Part shown: positions 1 through 9,600 of the stretch, in pieces
Layout of the letters: each line of letters starts with the position of its first letter
How positions within the stretch are numbered: the stretch's first letter is position 1
Translations under genes and position numbers: made by a program
The notes under the pieces: model-generated
Seen by the model: only the letters and a program-made list of their open reading frames with translations
What the model was told of the DNA's origin: nothing
Databases searched by the model: none
Source: Basidiobolus ranarum
Lineage: Eukaryota
Assembly: GCA_040143965.1 (NCBI GenBank)
Contig: JASJQH010006910.1
Span: 1-42,383, forward strand
DNA: 42,383 nt
Reading direction: 5' to 3'

Positions 1-344
1 TTTTGGTTTACTTCCATATAGTCTTAGAATTCTCTATCTCAAGACTAGACTGTTCATCAGAATTTGCAAGAGTCAGAACCCTCTGATTAAGTCCTGGAGA
101 AGCTCCCACTTACACTAAGTAACTAAACATGAAGAGTAATGGGGTTGTTAGTTGAATTAATATATTGTTCAATGAGCTCAAATGGTCACCTTTAACTTGA
201 AACTTTTAAATGTGAGCCAGGATACAGCAGAATCCATCGTTATCCGAAGTGATGAAAGGAATGAAGAAACAAAATGAACTATGAATAAGCAAAGCTTAGA
301 AACCTTATTTAAACAAATTAATACTGTATTGGAATTTATTGAGT

Positions 345-431
345 ACTATTGGAGATTTTTTAGCCACTATTTCGAGACTTATTGGCCACTATTTCAGGAC
401 TTTTTAAGCACTATTTTTGAGATTTTTAGAC
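345..431. repeat. Degenerate tandem repeat, 4 copies of a ~22 bp unit (ACTATTTyGAGAyTTTTTrGCC-like)
   Basis: Units read directly: actattggagattttttagcc / actatttcgagacttattggcc / actatttcaggactttttaagc / actatttttgagatttttagac; no spacers. Confidence 0.75.
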
Positions 432-1306
432 AATGATTGTCGCTCAGCAGTTTTCTCAATTGATCTTCATTGGCATTTAGGTTCTATTCAAATATTGTGT
501 TTGCTAAAGACTTAGAACACCTAGTTTAATAAGTGTTAACTTAAGCAACATTTACTGGTTCGTGCATTGTGAAGAAAAATTAAGATGTGTATAATGAATT
601 GAAAGAGCAAGCGTTGTTTAGCAGTGAAGAAAGTTGACCTAGAGCCGCTTTGTAGATACAAAATACTGATTGGCTTTACAGATGTACTGACTACATTGCC
701 ATGTTTTAAAATATGCCCTCTTTTTAAGTAAATGTATTAAGTACTAATAGGATAATACATTTGAAATGGATGTACATATGTGAATAGCATTACTTTTTGA
801 ACTATTTTCAGGCCGTATGAATAGTAGAGTTTTTCCCTCTGGCTGAAAAAACTATAGCTTTGAATCTTTGTCCCAACCATGACTCTCAAAGTATAAACTA
901 ACCCTAACCCTAAGTATTGAAACAGAAGTTCTGAAACATAGATAAATATCTCATCGTACTTGCATCTTGGGAGTAACAGTATAACCATTGAATCAATCAG
1001 AGGTTGTTGTCAGATCGTATATAAAGAAGCATCTAGCATGGCTTAATAGCATAGTCAACTTAGGGTTAGGATCAGCAGATATAGATGTGTAATCGTAAGC
1101 CCAATTGACCCATTATATTCACAAGCTACTCCTAGTTAAGTGTCGACTAAGTTGGTTGGATCTTCGTCATGAATAAATCTATTCTAAAGATGCTCACAGT
1201 AGAGCCTAAGCCAGCCATAGCCGAATCCTCATGCTAAATAAAGTAACAATGACGAAGCTATTTCTCCATATTGCATGCTTGATTGAAGTTTATTTCAAAT
1301 GATGTA

Positions 1307-2662
1307 TTAAAATTCCCTCAGAAACTTCTCATATGCTGAATCCTCAATTTGTAAAGACTTATGGGACGCCTGATATGACTCTTCACTAATACGCTCATAT
1401 AGTGCGCGGTCATTTAGTAGAGATGTAACATGTTCTTCCCATGGCAAAATTGGGTTTTTCCGTACTTTAAGGGGCCCATGACGCTGAGCTTCTACCTCAT
1501 CAAGCTCTTTTTCATTCGTGGCCATTGCCACTGGTATAATACCATAGTTTACACCACATTTTGCCTCGGGAATTCCACCCACATCACTACATATGACGGG
1601 GATCCCGCGCAACATAGCTTCAACCACAACATTCCCAAAGGTTTCAAGCCAAAGAGAAGGTACAAGCAAGATCTTGGTTCTCTCCCAAATAGGCTCCAAA
1701 GTTGGCATTGAGGGAACTAGTTCCACGTTAGGAAGGTTTGTTAACAAGGAAGCTTGATACTCAGTGACGTCCCAACTTTTAACGGCAAGGAATTGTGTAT
1801 GAACCATCTTTTTTGCCAAAGAATAGAAAATGGAAAACCCTTTAATTGTGCCAGGGTTTATAATTACCACGCGGGCCTCGGGATTATCAAAGTTGTGATG
1901 GCGCGGGGCGTTGGCAGCATCAAAACGACTTGGATGTAGCGGAAAATGTTTTACTTTTATCTTCGTGCTGCCATACTTATAAATATAATCTTTCAAAGCC
2001 TTACTTACCGCCCAAACACCGGTAATCTTTGATTCCATCACTTTGGTATAATGCGAGTTGAATTCCTCAGGCCATACTTCAGAGAGCAGAGGGTTGACAT
2101 CTAGAGGGCCAAATGGTAATACGTTGGTCACGTGGGTGATGACAATTGTTTTGATGCCGCTGATCTCGTATGGCATAAATGTATCAGCCACCAACAGAGA
2201 AAGAGTAGAGTTGCATAGGAAATGGGTTGGTTGGAAGCGTTGTACTTCTTGTCGAATTAATTGCGTCAGAAAATCCATCTGTTCATTCTCAGCTTTTCCA
2301 ATAAACCACTCGGCTGGAAATGCTTTAGGAAAGTAACTATCGTCTAAATCATCCATACAGTATGCAACTACTTTGACTTGATTCACAGTCATTCTAAAGA
2401 GGCGGACATCTTTCGAGCTTTCCATAGGCGGGTGAATAAGTTCCACAGAATCAACGATAACCTGCTCATTCTGGGTCTCATGGAAAAAGCAAGCGACAAA
2501 TAGGAGGGCTTCATTCCCTCGTTTAGCCAGTGCCTCTAGTAACGATCTATCCGAACGCGGCCCTCCGGCGGTGACGAACAATCCAGGAAACATCTGGAAA
2601 TTCATGACTCGTAAGGGGCTCTCGTCAGAGTGGTAGAGATGTGGTTCATCGGCAGTGAGCAT
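1307..2662 (-). CDS. Glycosyltransferase family 4 (GT-B fold, retaining), 451 aa, intronless
   Basis: C-terminal LLVPSLWLETFGNVVVEAMLRGIPVICSDVGGIPE matches the GT4 (Glycos_transf_1) E-x7-E signature. N-terminal GGPRSDRSLLEALAKRGNE resembles the GT4 GG...L...GH motif. TATA-like TATATAAATA at 2704-2713 on the minus strand. Confidence 0.88.
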   Translation of the reverse strand: MLTADEPHLYHSDESPLRVMNFQMFPGLFVTAGGPRSDRSLLEALAKRGNEALLFVACFFHETQNEQVIVDSVELIHPPMESSKDVRLFRMTVNQVKVVAYCMDDLDDSYFPKAFPAEWFIGKAENEQMDFLTQLIRQEVQRFQPTHFLCNSTLSLLVADTFMPYEISGIKTIVITHVTNVLPFGPLDVNPLLSEVWPEEFNSHYTKVMESKITGVWAVSKALKDYIYKYGSTKIKVKHFPLHPSRFDAANAPRHHNFDNPEARVVIINPGTIKGFSIFYSLAKKMVHTQFLAVKSWDVTEYQASLLTNLPNVELVPSMPTLEPIWERTKILLVPSLWLETFGNVVVEAMLRGIPVICSDVGGIPEAKCGVNYGIIPVAMATNEKELDEVEAQRHGPLKVRKNPILPWEEHVTSLLNDRALYERISEESYQASHKSLQIEDSAYEKFLREF

Positions 2663-3134
2663 GTTGAAAATGTTCCTGTGGTATTCTCACATCTCGGTTA
2701 GAGTATTTATATAGAGGTCTGCGGAGTACAGCACTCTATCGTGCCACCACAGGCCTGGGTATGACTAATAGACGCCACCAATCATCAGCAATACTTACAT
2801 TTAAGGAAATGAATTTGGTCCTAATTTATGGTTCTCCACTTAATTTGTGTAGCAATTCTATGACTTTATTTGGCTAGAAAGATGCTGTGAACACTTTAGT
2901 ACGGTCACTTTATGCGATATCTTACACTACTAGTTGGTGTAAGCTCTTTAAGTAAACACTTTGGGTAGGTTCTTTAATCAGAATTCATGAGGTTGCATAT
3001 GTTGACTTGGGAAGTATTTCACACACTTTTTATTTAAACTTCGATATTTGGGCATTTTGAGCATTCACTTTGGTTGAGAAATAATCGGTGATTCTCTTTA
3101 TTAGTAAAATTTAGACTTGACCTGGTGCATACAA

Positions 3135-3656
3135 TCAGTTTTGCATATATTCAGCAATCTTAGAAACAAATGGTTCAAACATTAATTCATAATGCTCGGC
3201 CTCCACGGTATGGATGGTAACGGTATTTGCGTATTCAGTCCATCCATAGCAAGCTTGTTTGTTATTTCTTGTCTCCCTTTTTGACTTGGCTTTTATTAGC
3301 ACAATGTCGGCTGCAAGTCTGGTTGATGGTGGATTGTATTTCTGCATCAACTGTTTGTTACTTTCGATTTCATGCGAAATCATCTGAGCAACTGCTTCAT
3401 CCAAGTCCCAACCACCTGTTTGCGAGATCAGGTTAAAGTACTCCTCTCCAGTGAGGTCGTTATGACTTTCCTCCGACGCTAGATATTTTCTCGGGGCCAT
3501 GGTGTCTATGATGGTCACCTGTCTTACTTCCAAGTTTTGCTGTTCCATTTGACGAGCCACTTCAAAGGCAACTAGGCCCCCAAATGAATACCCATGGATA
3601 TAGTATGGTCCTTCACTCTGTACCTGTCGACGCGCCTTCACATATCTGGCTGCCAT
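3135..3656 (-). CDS. NRPS C-terminal thioesterase segment (in frame with the upstream ORF across a TAG)
   Basis: GPYYIHGYSFGGLVAFEVARQM (GxSxG nucleophile), IIDT and AEHYELM motifs of type I TE. The N-terminal TE part (PMFIIHCATG...FESIE) lies in the preceding ORF. Confidence 0.85.
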   Translation of the reverse strand: MAARYVKARRQVQSEGPYYIHGYSFGGLVAFEVARQMEQQNLEVRQVTIIDTMAPRKYLASEESHNDLTGEEYFNLISQTGGWDLDEAVAQMISHEIESNKQLMQKYNPPSTRLAADIVLIKAKSKRETRNNKQACYGWTEYANTVTIHTVEAEHYELMFEPFVSKIAEYMQN

Positions 3657-6600
3657 CTATTCAATAGATTCAAAGAATGTAGATGTGCCAAGGGTTGGAT
3701 CACTAATTGAGTAGAGCGTGTGTCGCATGTACTTACGAAGCAAATCAAAATATGTCGCTATACCAGTAGCACAGTGAATGATAAACATGGGACTACTGGT
3801 GGATTTGCAAACAAGTGACATGCACTCATCCAAAGAATTTACATCAGTAATTTCGGTTGACTTTTCCGGAGTAATGAAAGTTTTCTCTAGAGAGGCAGAG
3901 AGAATACTAAATGCATATGGATCCCTAGAAATCGATACAATGGCAGTCACCATAGAAGATTCCCAAGATTCTAACCAAAGTTGTACTTGCTTTTCAGTAT
4001 GAAGTTCCTCGCTATAGAGTATCGATGCCTTGAACTGATCGTCCACAAAGTGAGCCATGCAGTTGAATATTTGTTGACGTCTAAATTCAGGAGAAATACT
4101 TTCCAAGTTGAAACTGTATTCAGAATCCGGCAAAATTTTCTCTAAAAGAGTGCTACTGTGACTTTTTTCAAGGGATTTCGGCATATATCCTAGAGTTATC
4201 TGCAATGGATCCGATTGCATCTTACTACTTTCAATTTCATTGCTGTATCTTAGGAGACCATAGTTTACTTCGTTTCCTCGAATTTGATGCTGCAATGTCA
4301 CGACTTGTCGAATTATATCTATAATTGTATCTTCTTCCTCCACTGATACAACAACGGGATATATAGCCGTAAACCAACCAACTGTTCTCGATATGTCGAT
4401 ACTACTATTCCATGGTTGGCGACCATGAAGTTCGAGAGCTACTGACATTGATTTCTTACCAAAGATAGCGCAATACGATTGGGCAAGTGATCCAATAATG
4501 AAATCAAGTATTGAAACATCTGAAGTTTTCTCACAGTAATTAGCAAACAGTTTTGAAAAGTAGGAATCCAATTTGAAAGAGAGTAAGCGCGTAGTCCCCA
4601 TAGTATTTCTATCAAGCATGTCAGGTTCGAATTGCAGTGGCTCAGTACTCGTTTGATCTGGCCATGATGTGCTATCTAGAGTTCTGCTGTAGTCGGCAAG
4701 CATGTTGCTCCATTTCATAAAAGATATCGATCGGTAGTCGCACTCCTGTCCTTGCAGTAACTGTTCAAGGTCGTCCCAGATAATTTGCCAAGATACCAGG
4801 TCAATGACATAGTGATGAACTGTCATAAATAAAAGCTGTTCCCCATTTGGAATATTATAAAGAGCGAATCGGAACAATGGCCCATTGATGATATCAAGGC
4901 TACGCTGAAGTTCATGAACATGGGACTCAACCTCTTCAACGGATTCGACATAGCGATGCTCTACATTGTACAATACTTCACTAATAGGATATACTCGCAA
5001 CTGCCATTTTCCACTATCTTGTTCAAAACGAGCACGGAATATATCATGAGCTTTAATCAAGAGATGGATAGAGTTTCGCAGTAAAGCAATATCAATCTTC
5101 TCGCGGACCCTAAGAAGCCAAGCTTGATTGAAGTGATTAACGTTTGTCTGCTGCATGCCTAAGAACATTCGTTGGTTTGGTGTAAGTTCCACTAGCCCGC
5201 CAACAACATCATCTTTTATTTCACGTCCTGAACTGTTCAGCATTGCTTGCTCCGCTAGTTTGCTGATGGTTTGGTGCTGTAAGATGCTTTGAACTGAAAT
5301 TTGAAGCATGCTCTTGCGGCACATTGAATTGATTTGAATAGCTAGTATTGAATCGCCACCTAGACTTCGGAATGTATCGTGTATACCAATTGTTTCTGCG
5401 GGCATACCTAAAACGTTGGCCCAAATCTGCTGAATACATCTCTCCACGTCATTTTCGGGCTGAGCTCGTGTGCTATATAGATTCCACTCACAATGCAAGG
5501 ATGAATGAACAATGAATAGATCTGAAAGTGCATTCCGATCAATCTTCTCGCTAGAGTTTGTTGGCATTCTATTTAAAGGTATCCAAATAGTTGGTACCAT
5601 ATAGTGCGGCAACGTCTTTTGAGCAAGAACCTGGATTTCATTAATATACAATGAACAGGATTTCATGTCTTTGTCGGTTAATACCACCACTTCAGAATTT
5701 TCTTCGGTTAACCCGTTGAAGGAAATAAAGGCCACCAACGCTTTACGAGCAGCCTGCATATCAACAACGAGCGGTAGAGTACATGCTCTAGATACTTGAC
5801 GATGCAAGTGAAGTGCGTGATCAATTTCGTCCAACTCTATACGTAGTCCATTAAATTTGATTTGATTATCCTTTCTACCGATCATCAGTATAGAACCATC
5901 CATGTTAAAGCGAGCCAAATCACCAGTCCTATACAAACGCGTACCGTCTTCAAACGGATTAACAACGAAAGATTCGTTGGTTAACTCAGGTTGGTTCAAG
6001 TATCCGCGAGCAAGCTGTGATCCGGATATGCAGAGTTCTCCAACTACTCCTAAAGGCACTTGCTGTAAGTTTGTATCAACCAAATACAACTTATTCGATC
6101 CAATAGGCTTGCCAATATTATTGCAAGAAGTATTTTTATCCAGTGACGAATGAATTGCAACAGCTACAGCCGCCTCTGTGGGCCCATATCCGTTACTTAA
6201 TTGAATGTACGGTGCCCATCTATCTCGAACTGTTGCATTCATCATCTCACCACCAAGTTGAAGACGTTTGAGACTTGGTAGTGCACCAGGATGAATCCGG
6301 CTTGCAATCGTTGTCGTAAGATTAGCACATGTGACATTCATTAACTCCATGATTTCTTCGAGTGATGATAGAAGTGAATCTTTAGAGGCCAAACAGATAC
6401 GAGCTCCGACGTATAATGGGAAATAAATATCCAGAACTGACGCATCAAACGAATAACTAGAAAACTGCAAAACCGAATCATCCTCGGTAATATTCCATAT
6501 TTCTCGTTGGCCACTAATAAAGTTACACACAGCCGCATGCTCTAACATCACACCCTTTGGTTTGCCTGTAGATCCAGATGTATATATTACATAGCACAAG

Positions 6601-9600
6601 TTCTCTGGAGATAGATTGCCATTTGTGGGATTAAGATCTTCATATTGCTGAATTAGATGCTGGTGGTCGTCAATCAAAATAAGGTGTTGTACTTCGAAGT
6701 TGTCTGCGTAGGGGCGTGTAGTGATAACAATCTCCGCTCGTACTTCTTTCACGATATGTTGAATACGCTCTAAGGGGCTCTCCGGGTCTATGGGGATATA
6801 TGCACCCCCGGCCTTCAACACAGCTAACATTGCCACTACCATATTGACTGATTTATCTAAGCATAATGGAACAAGCGTCTCGACTCCAACCCCAGCCGCT
6901 CTAAGGTAATGTGACAGTCTATTTGCGCGACTGTTCAACTCCAAATATGTCACAAATTCACTATTCTCGAATTGCACCGCAATATTGCTTGGAGTACGCA
7001 CCACCTGCTCTTCAAATAGCCCATGCAAGTATCCAGTGTGAGTATATTTTGTCGTCTTACCACTCCATGTGTTCAGCAATTCGTATTCCTTATTAGAGAT
7101 TATACTGAAATCTCGCACGCGAGAATTAGTATTAGTAACAATATTCACTAGTGCCGTCTTTAAATGCTCTGATATCCGTTCTACGTCCTCATGAGACACC
7201 ATGAAATCGTTATAGAGTATTGCAATTTCATGCTCATCTGAACCAGTAGATATTTGAACTACTAGCGGATAATCAGCAGGCATAGTGGTCGTCACTTCTG
7301 CGAGTCCAATTGAACTCTCAAGTGGATCCATATCTTCAGTGCCTAGATGTTGGAGAACAAGCAAGGTATCGAATAAAGTACCAGTTTGATCATCAGTGCA
7401 CTCCTTCTGAATATCCTGCAGACCAATGTTCTGATAACGATACTGTTGCAATTGCTCGGCGTGCATACGAGTCATTAATTCACCAAGAGTCAGCTCCTCT
7501 TCAAGATTGACTCGAAGTGGCAAGGTTGAAATACAAGGTCCACAAATTCGATCTATCCCATTCACAGGAACACTTCTTCCAGAATTTACGGTACCAAAGA
7601 CGACATCTGAATTTCCAGTATGATACTTCAGTACTATAGCCCATGCCAAGTTTATGACAGTGGCTAAGGTGATGTTGTACTTGGTAGTAACTTCCGAAAA
7701 GTCGATATTAATCTTCGACTTAATTGAGTTCTGAATCTCAGACTTTTGAAACAACGGTTTGGATCCTGATATAAATGACTTTGTAACTCCATCAAGAATC
7801 GTAGACCAATATTTAATTGCTTCTCCTCTACTGAGCTTAGCATGAAAATTGATAAACTGAGAGTATGGCGGCCTCTCAGTTATCACTTGCCTTTGATAAG
7901 CTGTCACAAGATCATCCACCATGAGATCCATTGACCATCCATCATACAATGCATGGTGTATCGTCCATATGAAATGTGATCTTCCATTGGCGCAACGGAG
8001 CACAGTGAATCGTGTTAACAACTTACCCACATCAATTCCACACTTTCGGTCGATAGCCAACACCTCTTCAAGTATTTCATCAATCACCTTGTCATCTGCA
8101 ATATTCACTTCCCGCCAATCAATCTTGTTTTTTCCAAGAACCACTTGCAACCCGTTCAGGTGCGAATAACCAGAATTAGTGAATATGACTGTAGTACGAA
8201 GGATGGAATTAGCCTCAATCACAGATATCCAAGCAGCCTTAAGTCTTTCAAAATCAACATCATCATCACATAAAAATACCCGTTGAGCTAGGTAGTCTGA
8301 ATTTGAATTCATACCGATCGCAAACAAAGCTTCTTGTAGTGGTGAGCAAGGATAAATATCTTCAACATCATCCGGTGAGATACCGCTTTGCTGAATTTCG
8401 TTATTCAACAACGCTTCGACTTCCTCTTGGTTCAGGCCAAGCAGCGCGTATCTTTCAATCTCTTTGTTCACTGCGTGCCTATCCTCTGTAGGTTCACATT
8501 GTTGGGATAGTTTTGCAATTGTTGGGTATTCAAACACTTTTTGGACAGTAATATCATAACCTCGCTCGCGAGCAGCAGCCACCAACTTGATCGCCACAAT
8601 AGAATCTCCACCCAGGCTGAAGAATGAGTCGTTTCTTCCTATATACTCCTCTGATAATCCCAGTATTGATGACCATAGCTTTAGCCATACTGTTTCAGTC
8701 TCTGAGAAATACGAAGAGCTACCATCACTGCCACGCTTTCCGAATCTATACAGATCGTCTGTGCCCATACTTTCCACTAAGTTAAGAAGCAACTTTCGAT
8801 CAGTCTTTCCACTGACATTAATTGGCATGCGGGTGAGTGGAATGAACGCACTCGGCATCATATATGGTGGTAATCGTGATGAAATATGGCCACGAATTTC
8901 ATCAATCTGCAAGGTAATGAACTCATCATCACTGGTTAAGATTGCCACTTCTCCATTACTGTTGCCATCAGAATCATCGAACTTGATGAAGGCAACCAAT
9001 GATTCGTGATTCGTTTCTTGATTAATGACCACTGGAAGGACACAGGTATTGGCAACACTTGTTTGTTGATGAATGATGTGCTCTATCTCCTCCAATTCGA
9101 TTCTTAGACCATGAAGCTTGATTTGATTATCCTTTCTTCCAAGTATCTCAATTGAGCCATCATAATTAAATCTTGCTAAATCACCAGTTAGGTACATTCT
9201 CTCCCCAGGAGTGACGGGATTTTCCACAAATACTTTTGCTGTCAAATCCGGTCTATTCAGGTAGCCTCGAGCAAGTTGAACTCCAGAAATGCACAACTCA
9301 CCAACCACTCCCAGTGGCACAACTCGAAGATTAGAGTCAAGTATGAATATCTTGTTGTTCGGCAGTGGTACTCCAACATTTCTACAAACCGTGTCCGTGG
9401 TTAGTGTGTGATTGTAAGTAACTGCTACTGCTGCTTCAGTTGGCCCATATCCATTACTTAGTTGAACATGAGGTGCCCATATATCGCGAACTGAGGTTGT
9501 CATCATTTCACCAATACAAATCAGCTTCTTCAGACTGGGACAGTCCTGTGGCTGAATTTGACCAGCAACAGTGGGTGTGAAATCAGCCATAGTGACCTGC

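Noticed and set aside
345-431. CRISPR-like array
   Set aside because: Units are adjacent with no unique spacers, are degenerate, there are no cas genes, and the context is eukaryotic.
737-988. 83 aa minus-strand ORF
   Set aside because: No recognisable motif; lies in AT-rich DNA and runs through a telomere-like repeat.
3657-3659. TAG reassigned as a sense codon, or corrected by A-to-I editing (UAG to UGG)
   Set aside because: Only one internal TAG in >5,000 NRPS codons and none in phosphoketolase or kinesin, so reassignment is unlikely. Editing would give Trp where the TE motif has Glu/Gln, and such editing is known from ascomycete sexual tissue.
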